A stretch of 60,339 nucleotides of DNA from Elusimicrobiota bacterium (GTDB lineage: Bacteria; Elusimicrobiota; Elusimicrobia; Elusimicrobiales; UBA9959): the NCBI GenBank assembly GCA_016209085.1, contig JACQWV010000017.1, forward strand, positions 1 to 60,339, in the 5' to 3' direction. Numbering within the stretch: the first letter of the stretch is position 1; each line of letters starts with the position of its first letter. Positions 12,801 through 21,187 of the stretch are shown here, in pieces. The notes beneath the pieces are model-generated. The model had not been told where the DNA came from and searched no databases. It worked only from the letters and a program-made list of their open reading frames with translations. The position numbers were made by a program, and so were the translations under genes.

Positions 12801-15800
12801 CCAAAGTATGAGGATGAACATCTATATATATCAACCAACACACAAATTTACTTCTCTGTTCTTGATGATTTGATGGGGTTTGGCGATCATAAGGGTTTCG
12901 GTGTCGCTAAAATTAATTACGCGATAGACGGCAGCTCTTTTATTAATTACCACTCTTCGTTTTCAATCGTGTCTCAGGGAACACATACCATATCGTTTTA
13001 TGCATATGATGTAGTTGGCAATACAGAGGTAGTTCAATCTTTGAATATACTTGTGGACAATTCCGCGCCGATTACAAATTTAATTGCAACCGGCAAACAA
13101 TACATTAGTTCAGAATTGACCCTCTTTGTTTCCAGTAAAACATTATTGGGACTTTTAGCAACAGATCCTCAAATCGGACAATATCATGGTAGTGGAATTT
13201 TGTCAAAGGAATATGGGATGGAACCATTAATAAACAATTTAATAAATTATGTTTCCACATTTTCCATGCAGGACGGACAGTATCTTATCAAATACCGCAG
13301 TATTGATAATGTGCTGAATATGGAAGATATTAAAAAACTTACTGTCTCTGTGGATGATTTGGAACCTCTAATAAATCTCAGTTTTGACAAGGAAATATTG
13401 CGCCTTCCTAATGGCAAATATCTTATAAATTCAGAAAAGGGGATATTAAATATAGAAGTCAATGATCAACCAAGTTTTGGTTGTGGAATTGCAAACATAA
13501 AATTGGGTTTAGATGGAGTTTTTAAAGATATTCCAACAACATTCAGTCAGGAATTAGATCTAGGACCGCACAAAATAAATATAATTGCCGTTGATAATTT
13601 GGGTAATAGGTCTGAAAAAGATATAGAAATTATTATTGGCGATCTTACACCGCCGACCTTGACATATCCACTGGACAATTTCATCACTAACAAATCTTCT
13701 GTAACTTTCCGGTGGAATTACCCCACAACTTATTTCTATTCTTTGTCAGAATGTGAACTCATAATAGAAACGAGTCCAGATTCCAGTACCTCAACTTTTA
13801 CGCATTCTGTGTCATCTCAAATAACGGTCTCAGTGCTATTTAATGACCCTGGAATTTCAGTCCAAGGCCTTGAAATGTATGATGGAGGCCTGCGTCTTAT
13901 AACCGAACGCCTCCCGGACCACTTTGAGGGGACGCTGGAAGGCACACTAACCACGCCAGCAATAACATTGCCATGGACAGTTGTGGGTATAGGTGGTTTT
14001 ATATCGGTTCATGAACTAAACGATGGTGAAATAATTCATGAGTTTAGTTATGACGGGACTAATTATAGACCCGTTTCAGAACTAGGCGCGATACAACCTC
14101 CCCCAGGTGGCTCAATACGATTTAGAAGTAAACTAAAACGTTCAAATCTTGAAGAAATCAGTCCGACACTTAAGGATATACAATTTACTGTCACTTATAT
14201 GTTTCAAGAGCCTAAGACATACTGCTATAGAAAATGTAATTGGTTTAGGTGTTGGTGGGAATGTCATACTGTTTTGGAATGGGTGAGGAAATATGAATCT
14301 AAAAATATTGCTGCAGTTGATTCTAATAATATTCTTGTTGACCTACGAGTAAAAGATACTAACGTTGAACTTATAACGGAATATATAATGAACCAATCAA
14401 CAGGATCAATTATAGGAACATGGCTAAGCCCCCTTTTGAAAATTCCTGATACTGCTTACAGACTTTCAAATTTTAATGCTGATTTTAAATTAAATGAGGG
14501 ATATATTATATTTGAATTTACAACTGATGGGATTCAATTCAAGCCAATTCATTTACTGGGTCCATTGATTTTTTCTGAGAATGACAGTTTTATACAATTT
14601 AGAGCCACTCTTATACGAGATAATCCAAATCACATGAGCCCGATTTTTCATGAAATTTCTTTCAACTTTGTTCTGCCTCCACCTACGGAAACAATATTTT
14701 CATTACCTGAAGAAGGCCAATATTATTGGAAAGTGCGTTCCATTGATTATTTTAACAGAACCAGTAATTTTTCTGAAGAAAGAAGCGTAGTTTATGATAA
14801 AACACCACCAGAAATAATCATTTCTTCACCACGAGTAAATGACAAATATGTTGTAGGTCAATCAAGTATTTCTGTTCTGTTTAATATCCAAGACAATATG
14901 GATCCAATACCTAAGATTTTAGCGATTTTGCGACAGATAACGGACTACGGTGCCCCTCGTGGTGAACGGCAGGATTATCTCTTTGTGTCTTCGGGCATTT
15001 TGTTAAGTCCTATGGATTTGGACGACGGTTTATGGGAATTATTGGTGGAAGCCAGAGATTGGGCTGGGAATATTTCCACAATGACTAGTGGTGGTTTTGA
15101 GGTAATACATGACACAATGGCGCCGAGGAGTGAACTGACAGTAACCAGTGAAGGAATAAGATATGTAACGGCAAAAATCTCATGGACTTTAACGAGCATT
15201 GACGATTTGCTGACAGAAGGGGACGGAATTGGATTAGGAGTGAAGAAGCAGAGGACAGAGGTTAGAGGTGAGGGGATAGAAAAAGAAATAATTTTTAAAA
15301 ATCTATATCCGAAACAGGGAGAAATATTCGTTTCAACATGGACATTAAACTCAATCTCAGCCTTTCAGGATGGAATTTATTATTTAGATTATAATGCAGA
15401 AGATATAATAGGTAATATAGAGCAGATAAAAACATCAACAATAGCGGTTGACAACACAGCGCCGAAAACGAAATTTCAGGTGGAAGGTGTCCGGTTTGAG
15501 GAGTCAGGAAAAATATACATAAACGAAAATTCAAAAATAGTTTTAATATCAACAGACCCGGTTGTAAACGACGTTTCAGTCGGCGTTTCTTCAACAATTT
15601 TTAAAATTGATGAAGGAATTTTCAATGAATATGTTTCAAGTATTAGTTTAACAGAAGGAAAACACAAAATCATTTATTACAGCATTGACAAATTAGGAAA
15701 TCAGGAATTAGAAAAAACCATTGAAATTTATGTAGACGCAACCCCGCCCATAACCTCTATTATTCCGAGCGGAACCGTGAGAACGGACGGTAATTACTAC

Positions 15801-17876
15801 ATTCCCAAATCAGGGGACAACGCAGGCGACCCCTATGCTCCATTGTGGTTCAGCTACAAGCTTTCAGCCTATGACCCTGTTATAAAAGAAGTATCCTCAG
15901 GCCTTTTCTTTTCAGAATACAGAACCATTGAACTTAATTATTTCGGAACAAAGCCTTTAGGGCCAAGCCCGCAGGATTTGGGAAAACAGTTCCTGCCTTT
16001 TAATTATGAAAATTCAAACAGTTCATTCACCTTGATAGAAGGAATTCAGCGCATTGATTACAGAAGCAGGGACAATGTCTTAAATTTAGAACTTGCAAAA
16101 ACAACGACAATATATGTTGACGCAACCTCGCCTGTAAGCCAGATTGTATTTTTGAGCACACCTGCATCTCGTTCAGATGGACTTGTGATAAGTTCCAAAC
16201 TGCCAATGACAATATCTTCTGAAGACCAGATTATCAAAGGCGTAGCATCAGGTGTTGGCGCAAGTTATTTTCTTGAAAACAACACAAAAATTCTTACCTA
16301 CACCCGATACCCTGCCCCCAACACCCTGCCTTATTATATTTCTGCGACAATCCCAGACGGCTATATAGAGATAAAAGGCTATAGCATAGACAATGCGGGC
16401 AACAATGAAACCCCATTCGTAAAACCTGTTGTCCTTGATAACACAGCTCCTGACGCATTTATAATCAGCCCTTCAACCTCTATAAACAATGCCGGACTGT
16501 GCAAACTGCTATACGGGACAAACATAAAAATAATAGGCACAGTAACAGATACCGGCAGCCATGCGGATGGAAAAGAATTTGACCATTTTTCACAATACAT
16601 GCTTGAATACGGCTGGGGTGCAGAACCCTCATCTTACCAGATAATAATAACATCAAATCCTGAAAAAAGCCTCTTAGAGCAGGTTTTAGGAACATGGGAC
16701 ACAACAGGACTTTCAGAAGGCGTTTATACTTTAAGACTAAGAGCAAAAGACTGCGCCGGAAACGAAACCATAACCAGCATACAAGCCATAATATCTGGGC
16801 CGAAACTGATATTAAACTTAGGACAGAAAGGAAACGGCCCGGGCGAATTCAACAGCCCTTCATACATAGCCATAGACCCAATAAATCAGGATTTCTGGGT
16901 ATCAGACACAAACAATGACAGAATACAAAAATTTAATTCATCAGGAACATACATATTAGAAGTTGCAAGTTTCAAGTCACAAGACACAAGTAAAGGGAAA
17001 GAAAAAGGGCAGACAAAAGAAGATAAATTTAACAAGCCGACAGGTGTTGCGGTTGACAGCTCCGGTAATCTATGGGTAGCTGACCGGAATAATGACAGGG
17101 TTTTGAAATTTAGTTCAACCGGCGCATACATAACCACCCTTAATGCGCAATTAAACAAACCGCACGGGTTGGCAATAGATAAATCAGGAAATTTATTCGT
17201 AGCTGACAGAAACAACAATGAAATAAAAAAATTCAATCCTGACGGCCAATTATTGCTTACAATAAATACAGGACTAGAAATAGATTTCAATAAACCACAA
17301 GGCGCCATAGCAGTGGATGAGTTAAACCAGGTTTACATTACAGACAGGAACAATGACAGAGTATTAATTTATGATTCATCAGGAAATTTCATAAGACAAT
17401 TTCCCGCCGCTACCTCTTCAACCCCGCAGGTTGAAGTTCCAACCTACGGGGTTGCAAATCAATTCAATAAACCGGACGGAATATTCACAAATGCTTTGGC
17501 CTATGTCTATGTAGCAGACAGCAATAATTCCAGAATCCAGAAATTTGACCCTTACGGAAACACAGTCCTTGTATTCAATAAAGGTTTGAATGAAACAGAA
17601 AACCTGAATCACCCTTCAGGCGTGGCCATAGATTCAGAAGGAAACCTATTTGTAGTTGATTCAAACAATTCAAAAGTCAAGAAATACGGAGCAGAAGGCG
17701 AATTAATAATAGTGGCGAGTGGCGAGTGGTCAGTGGACGGCGAAAAAAATAAAAACAAAGTCAAGAAATTGATAAAGAAAATAGAAGGCGGAGCTATTCA
17801 TCATGCAAAAGGCATAAAAGCTTGGTCCAGATGGCACAGTTTTTACCAAGCCAATAGAAATATCTTTGCCTTATGA
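3888..17876 (+). CDS. Giant (~4,660 aa) exported multidomain protein: Zn-PLC/P1-like N-domain, FlgD-Ig and Ig-like repeats, ZU5-like domain, NHL repeats; C-terminus frameshifted
   Basis: Signal peptide MKLTVSILL..CFA then W; LGFYIHLKQDINVPAH; about seven WDG/WNG..G.Y-type motifs; D..P...GN.E Ig repeats; NHL repeats FNKPTGVAVDSSGNLWVADRNNDRV (~16810-17690). Alternative start 3870. Confidence 0.85.
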   Translation: MKLTVSILLIIFPNLCFAWDSLYWENHRHMTDDAIKDLGIVEYPDLNMYKGAYLIGDGVVEGSTDESSHVNPATGKEWEGPYEEWKRLAKENYKNFNFTGAYDYLGFYIHLKQDINVPAHIRTCAHGILFHKGSIFSTDELENFANDNPPAFYFTPVSTKTSWKNFNQEGFYYSYWLNDEMDDDNHDEIPYDPDDDKLQDGPNAYNITTTWGTYGGGNPYDNDYLPGNDEGKDWYNGNLQDSSIAYEQLYNASTVTKVELQKFSKELPPLIRNLKIEPSTQLIPIIDPIAGSKITFEMLENRKPRVTLFITVDYPYDNPAAKGIIAPEYRTGKIIDLPAGTDLPWQQNFEVTWNGMMEDGGYLLEGFHDLYVTLKDVDGNVFTHEKYTFEIRLPKILIQHKEVLNFPANVEIPILAAVTPLGQRSIKNVQIFYRKALLGGFYTPTPMSLTEDNIYQGFIPANAVTADGIEYFIAAEDTEGNIETYPINLTILPNSYIGQALKVSVIEASNGGLIVRGDADSSNDSTIISFYLGRNIFVYAELYKATKDWKSASGDPNIFEPSEIISTLGAASGIGKYSVNYTPFPLTPASNYVVVLRNSIDPSDIVGYGRIIVCEPYSGLAVSQPVNNWVSASISGVPPDSVNFFKDGSLFAWDPGTLTNNVFNAQVTGGVYTAAAYKTISGNDIPMGHSAVQPISGPMIIISPVPSPQYIGRAIPVSVNVYSDVGLTQVTLTGIDVTGGLISVMLQNAGGSLYTGAIPPQQSQGQVQYYFLAVDSAGRQTTNPIDYALNKYSFNVVPDVTPVRITKTIPGNGAVDISLLEPVNVFFDDDILTNTLNENTISVIQEISGKTVGVKEISYYHAERKLTFTADLMPDTKYKVYIKSDVRDLGGNGLVDGTVPNPWTFTTTKILPPAITGIRQDRKHFNESTQNMIFSADVSTHLPIAQGFIILKNPQSQAEVKINVPIEKEAGTGRFLFKWDGKDNEGNFIPEGEYVPSFEVIDAKYGLVGSSEFQTVEILIKTKTILEHERTENVVFGLYGDYEWIDFPQMIRVEVDYVLDFGTSRVEVEYNGNTTKIGNKDDSFWGRTAYKNIYIPSATMIKINGPDSCVFGIPCDDETKISYRHHASNIYPNEFNHKINTLNDVFRSLNILQRNESLTIPFKIVPVPNEPGGWQVTHISVIMPAENMDFDNNPEVVTTVPGYVFESQPTPKIETSIVVQNVSPPIEPFLMDRTPPAISLAAKSHFSPVMAKNLDVSAVFQDNLSFPLKDVTLEIVDADDNHVKTLLQKPSSEYFSQTLVWDGRGSEEYNSSQIVPNGIYRVRGSAKDEAGNTTVQSINVTVDSVAPVVQNPLLVALPGMHTKPKVFNATDQKLNLTLDLSDNLSDQVDLKIVFSDAAQIVRDISFRVTTIPQHFSFEFDWKDIQGNFFPDGTYVVSLHVLDKAGNEAVLSLPDFRVDRTASEVTAKFVDNLIFTPDDGPLGLGDGNRDNVTLNFELADTALITIGIEDIIVRTLWEFPYSLNFVKSGAFTWDGKVNGLFVSDGSYIFRIKTVDDVGNTASAALPVIKNAVPARIVFPPRAQSSAAVGGMVVIKGIALDPGINNTADFKNYKVWFREGSGIDFSLPENNPTDPDNTIWKPIPVPAGNQSAIDPAYPNSNISLRAVANTTLAIWDTKDLAQSALFTILLVTTDGSGVSSFDFREVTIDPSIDTTAPGVHITAPITPVPPVQFSIVSESSRLEIVWTVEQVPEKKADISMEIFKLNDTVGPKVGTIVLRQEFMGQSTGRTFSWDGRNYLRRFVETGLYRIRVTAKDADNMGVTSDEVDVQVTLQLMEPLKVTKFQSSDSVISPGGSSVITYSLSKESVVTINVFDSEKKLVGTLVNGVTTPGVAEQTVEFKSLQEGLFTITIDAVATDEQSSKDSGSLSIAVTGGLGAAVADITFPPDGSILHGVSNYNWTATGVGRFFPREQLSLVDTTQQDFDAGTKLNLVSTVSGDIVLPLRGKLLSSAFDWSQGTFQETTISNDSVKMVDAVEVVNEALYFEGSAGSVSIIKSALGQRFQVRNTTKITKVEVKMAGGGLPNRWNIPFTIRKDVNGHIGDVIATIYVPVETLSYSWQMISLVPSEPIPVQQGDYLWVVAPQPPGDWRWYGLVQWATNWQSGHPVADYPRGYAYLQGQYDSAFDFQFRVFELSGATEGTYVSAPIDTQVEEPLWGNFTADFQSNEQTLNFFAQVRKNEASSWSEEFILTPGISIEGLRERFIRLVARFARENLTKSALLNSASINWRVPKGTFISQKRSVDKHIIQWDDFRATDIPIYPGSIAYYFKSAPTEAELESATWTGILPGSFLDISNANQHIQWKADMMTSSFSDSPAIQDVSISYTRRGVEQEEIWKSQMDPVLEDGRITSFSNEFNNRDDPTFFIRDSQPLIIALAYPASIPPIDPTLRDKMTFFSTNGQITDNPFVAVDADELGFGWSINLYYPDGTLNPDLFIDRLLSKESNTNHDATGIPIDTDDEFRVRIAPGAAPKSFIELKGNTSTNSQGFKSYSLFYKKLGDITSRSIPVQSPNKPVTGNGTLGFWDVTGLNGEFVLKLIVLDANGTTEVIRNITIGKSVLGGQTAGPPIYVNSSWNKAYLEFPNNSLAESTIITITPVRIENTGIAISSTIPQPIGAAYDLQPRGIKFVDPENRPAYLTVRFTSDELLGIDPGQLTIYEVLSDGTVQPLDAKVIFDENGNGKFDPEETATITSPVRHFSYYLIIQEVMPPVFDPVPNLTAQSSAILSGKSEPNSLIEIFLNGALIETVHADNQGKYTGVKVNLIDGKNIINAKATRILNENWRRASAFSPPLIIERDANLPEISMLAMTQTFKPQLGEKARLDYSMTKIAKVYSFVETSDSVIIAHLIDGTTQSAGKQYCEWNGVVDDGPLATGGSYYFSLTVVDAASNTVSAKYGPFELIKDTVGPTTLALIGMPKYEDEHLYISTNTQIYFSVLDDLMGFGDHKGFGVAKINYAIDGSSFINYHSSFSIVSQGTHTISFYAYDVVGNTEVVQSLNILVDNSAPITNLIATGKQYISSELTLFVSSKTLLGLLATDPQIGQYHGSGILSKEYGMEPLINNLINYVSTFSMQDGQYLIKYRSIDNVLNMEDIKKLTVSVDDLEPLINLSFDKEILRLPNGKYLINSEKGILNIEVNDQPSFGCGIANIKLGLDGVFKDIPTTFSQELDLGPHKINIIAVDNLGNRSEKDIEIIIGDLTPPTLTYPLDNFITNKSSVTFRWNYPTTYFYSLSECELIIETSPDSSTSTFTHSVSSQITVSVLFNDPGISVQGLEMYDGGLRLITERLPDHFEGTLEGTLTTPAITLPWTVVGIGGFISVHELNDGEIIHEFSYDGTNYRPVSELGAIQPPPGGSIRFRSKLKRSNLEEISPTLKDIQFTVTYMFQEPKTYCYRKCNWFRCWWECHTVLEWVRKYESKNIAAVDSNNILVDLRVKDTNVELITEYIMNQSTGSIIGTWLSPLLKIPDTAYRLSNFNADFKLNEGYIIFEFTTDGIQFKPIHLLGPLIFSENDSFIQFRATLIRDNPNHMSPIFHEISFNFVLPPPTETIFSLPEEGQYYWKVRSIDYFNRTSNFSEERSVVYDKTPPEIIISSPRVNDKYVVGQSSISVLFNIQDNMDPIPKILAILRQITDYGAPRGERQDYLFVSSGILLSPMDLDDGLWELLVEARDWAGNISTMTSGGFEVIHDTMAPRSELTVTSEGIRYVTAKISWTLTSIDDLLTEGDGIGLGVKKQRTEVRGEGIEKEIIFKNLYPKQGEIFVSTWTLNSISAFQDGIYYLDYNAEDIIGNIEQIKTSTIAVDNTAPKTKFQVEGVRFEESGKIYINENSKIVLISTDPVVNDVSVGVSSTIFKIDEGIFNEYVSSISLTEGKHKIIYYSIDKLGNQELEKTIEIYVDATPPITSIIPSGTVRTDGNYYIPKSGDNAGDPYAPLWFSYKLSAYDPVIKEVSSGLFFSEYRTIELNYFGTKPLGPSPQDLGKQFLPFNYENSNSSFTLIEGIQRIDYRSRDNVLNLELAKTTTIYVDATSPVSQIVFLSTPASRSDGLVISSKLPMTISSEDQIIKGVASGVGASYFLENNTKILTYTRYPAPNTLPYYISATIPDGYIEIKGYSIDNAGNNETPFVKPVVLDNTAPDAFIISPSTSINNAGLCKLLYGTNIKIIGTVTDTGSHADGKEFDHFSQYMLEYGWGAEPSSYQIIITSNPEKSLLEQVLGTWDTTGLSEGVYTLRLRAKDCAGNETITSIQAIISGPKLILNLGQKGNGPGEFNSPSYIAIDPINQDFWVSDTNNDRIQKFNSSGTYILEVASFKSQDTSKGKEKGQTKEDKFNKPTGVAVDSSGNLWVADRNNDRVLKFSSTGAYITTLNAQLNKPHGLAIDKSGNLFVADRNNNEIKKFNPDGQLLLTINTGLEIDFNKPQGAIAVDELNQVYITDRNNDRVLIYDSSGNFIRQFPAATSSTPQVEVPTYGVANQFNKPDGIFTNALAYVYVADSNNSRIQKFDPYGNTVLVFNKGLNETENLNHPSGVAIDSEGNLFVVDSNNSKVKKYGAEGELIIVASGEWSVDGEKNKNKVKKLIKKIEGGAIHHAKGIKAWSRWHSFYQANRNIFAL

Positions 17877-18360
17877 CCCTGCAAAATTAGACGGAGCAAA
17901 AGAAGAAGATATAAGAATTGGCTGGTATAATCCGACAACAAACCAATGGGAAGAGATGGAAACCACGGTTGACAAAATTCTGAAACTTGTAAAGGCATGG
18001 ACAAACCATTTTTCAATTTATGTAGTAATGGCTCCTGAAATGCCGGTAGAAGAATTCCAGATGGGCGAAGTTTATGTATTTCCGAACCCTGCAAAAGGCA
18101 GTGAAAACCTCACATTCCACATAGAAACAGGAATTGCTGACAAAGTAAATATTAAAATATACACAGTATCAGGCAGACTGGCGTTAGACCATACAATAAC
18201 GCAAATGCCGCAGACAATAGACGACGGCAACGGATTAAGCTACGCGTATGAATACGCGTGGACAGAGAACATACCCAGCGGAATTTACTATTATTTAATA
18301 GAAACGGAAAAATCTGGACAAAAACTCAAAGCAAAAGGAAAGTTTGCAGTAATCAGATGA
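17818..18360 (+). pseudogene. Detached C-terminal part of the giant protein (second half of ZU5-like domain plus T9SS-type-A-like CTD)
   Basis: Frame opens after TAA 17815: KLGPDGTVFTKPIEISLPYDP..HFSIY..VYVFPNP..IKIYTVSGRL..SGIYYY..KGKFAVIR. No signal peptide of its own. Confidence 0.75.
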
Positions 18361-18395
18361 CCCCGTTAAAAAATCTTTAACGGGGATTATTTTTT
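18361..18395 (+). terminator. Hairpin CCCCGTTAAA-AAATC-TTTAACGGGG with T-tract; intrinsic terminator or REP-like
   Basis: Perfect 10-bp stem immediately after the stop at 18360, followed by ATTATTTTTT. Confidence 0.65.
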
Positions 18396-18418
18396 GGAAG
18401 GAATTCGGACTAATAAAG

Positions 18419-20931
18419 ATGGTTAATTTGTCCAAGACAGGCAGAATTTTTGCGGTTTTTTTCCTGACTCTGGCATTTTTTGTTTCTCCGATTCTGTTTT
18501 TTACCGACTTAACCAGAAATCCGTATTATTTCCAGATAACTGTTTTTTATATTCCTATTTTAATCACGGGTCTTTTTTCAGACCCGCCATGCTGAGCGAA
18601 GGAATCCGGAACGGCCTGTTTCTTCTGATAAACTGCTTTCTGGCGTTCTGGATTTCTACGAGCATTTCTTTCAGGGGGAATTTTCTGGAAACTTCTCCTG
18701 GAAAATGGTTCATTCTTATTTTCGGGTGGGGGGGACTGTGGCTTTTATTCCCTCAGTTGAGGTCACTGGGCGCTCAATCCGCCAATCCCGTCATGGCGAA
18801 ATTCTGGGACCCGTACGGCGGGTTCCTGTGGATTGCAGGAATAATATACGTTTGCCGCTGCGTCAAATCTCTTAAACAGGAGGATTTCCTGCATCTTGCC
18901 ATGGCGTCCGGCGCCCTGGCGGCGTTATACGGAATTCTGCAATATTCTCACGTAGAACTGATATGGCCTAAAATTCTGAATCCTTACGGGAACAGGTCGG
19001 TCTCCACTTTCGGAAACCCGAATTTTATATCCTCCTACATAGTGATTCTCCTGCCCTACACGACGGCTTGCGTCATTTCTTCCGCAACCTTTTCGCAAAA
19101 ATTTTTTTACGGTTTTATTTTTCTCTCCTACGAGGCCATGCTGTTTGCAAGCCTTACCCGCTCCTCATGGCTGGGAGCTTTCTTTTCAATCCTTTTTTTG
19201 TTCTTTTTCAGGGAATACCGGGCGGGCATTATCCAAAACAGGCGTTTCCTGACTTTTTTCGCTTCCCTCGCGCTTTTGCTTGCCGTTTTGTGGCCGGCGC
19301 AAAACCTTAAACCCTTCAGTTTCGGCGTTTTTGACAGAGTTTCAGAAGGAAGATCCAACCTCCATGAACGAGCCTCTCTCTCTCTTGATGTGAAACAAAA
19401 CAAAGTGTATTCTTCTGTGCACCAGAGACTTTTGATATGGAGTTCAGCGTGGCAGATGGGTCTTGAAAATCCCATGTTCGGCAAGGGGTTGGGGGTTTTT
19501 GAGCTTTTTTATCCTTTTTACCAGGGGCCCCTTATCGCCGAATACGAAGCAATGAGGCCTCTCAGAACGCATGCAAACAACGCGCATAACGAAATTCTTG
19601 AGACCTGGGCGCAGACAGGGATACTGGGAACGGGCGTTTATGCATGGTTTTTTGCGGTTCTTTTGACCGCTTTTTACAGATATCGTGCCAATGCCGCTCC
19701 TGAAAAAAAGTTCTGGGCGGTTCCGTTCATCGCCGGAATCGCCGGCATGTTTGCGGACAATATTTTCAATGTCTCTCTTCATTTTGCGGTTCCGGGCTTC
19801 ATGTTCTGGTGGATGATCGGTTCTGCGTCCGTTTTGACGGCAAATAGCCTGTCGCCGGCCGTGAAGTTCTATCAGTGGACCCGGAAAAAACTCAATCTTG
19901 CGCTTGCCTGCGCTCTCGTTATTTTATCACTCGCGGGAATATACTACTGGCGGAACCAGTTCATGAGAGAAATATATTATTTCAGGGGATTTAAATTCAT
20001 GAGAAAAAACGAGTTTGCTTCGGCCGCCAGAGAGCTTCACAGAGCCTGGCAATATCATTCAAGGGAAGTCAACAACAATTATGAACTCGCGAACGCCTAC
20101 GTAAGAACCGGAGATTATACGCAGGCCCGCTGGGGATATATTGAAGCCCTCAAGTCAAACTGCGGCTACGACGAGATATTTTTTAATTTAGCCATAGTCA
20201 ATAAAAAACTTGAAGATTTTGAAAACGCTCTCAAGAATCTCAGGGTTTCTCTGGCGATAAATCCCCTGAATTCTTCGGCTTATGCCGCCATAACCGAGAT
20301 TTTTCTGAAGGATCCCGCAAAACATAGCCGGGAGGGATCGGAATTGCTGGAAAAAGCCTCAAAAATACTTCCTGACGACCCCAATATAACCGGCGCTCTC
20401 GCTTATTTCTATTCTCTGGACGGGAATCATTCGGCAGCCGCGAAGGTTTACGGCGAGGCCGTTAAAAAAGATCCTTCCAACCAGGCTCTTCTGGCGCATC
20501 TTCAGGCCGCTACGGCGAAAGCCGCCTCCGGAGACGGTTATCTGGCCTGGGTCAGGGATTTCAAACGGCTTGAGGAAGGCGTGAATAAAGGAGACTTTTC
20601 AAAACAGAACCTTAACCTTGCGGATAATCTGCTTAAAACTTCCCCCGACAATCCGAACGTTCTGTTTCTGAAATCAAAGATTCTTTACAGGGACGGCAAT
20701 CTGCCGGCTGCCAGGCAATGTTTGTTGAAATTGCTGGAAATACGGCCGGATGACAATACGGCCAGATACGGACTGGCAGTGATTCTTGAAAAAGAAGGAA
20801 ACTATAAAGAGGCGGAAAAGGAATTTAAAATTATTCTTGGCTCTGATCCTATCAACGCGGGAGCGGCTGAACATCTGAAAATACTCAAGAGCAAAACAAC
20901 AGTAACAGAAGGTGATAAGATGATAAGATGA
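18419..20931 (+). CDS. O-antigen ligase/O-oligosaccharyltransferase (Wzy_C) family membrane protein with C-terminal TPRs; frameshift near 18545
   Basis: STFGNPN, LTRSSWLG, RLLIW, NAHNEILETWAQTGILG, then TPRs. A 58-codon hydrophobic ORF 18419-18595 is out of frame with 18589-20931. Confidence 0.8.
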
Positions 20932-21187
20932 TAAGTAAGACAAAGGCAGGAAACAGCAAAAATTTAAAAAATTGCAGTTGAAGTAACGGCGGCATAATGT
21001 ACCAGCAGAGCGAAGCTCTGCGTAAGGGACATATTTGCGTAACAATGTTGTAATATTTAAGAAAATCTAAAAATGTTAAATAAAGTTTGAGAGTTTAGAG
21101 TTGGGAAATTTCTAAGAAATTACCTTAAGAACTTCTATAACTCTTGAACTCTAAAACTCTATAACTTTTTAATTTTGGAGCCATAAA

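Noticed and set aside
17811-17830. Programmed ribosomal frameshift joining the giant to its CTD
   Set aside because: No clear slippery heptamer, and ~40 residues are missing relative to the internal paralogous domain, which fits a deletion.
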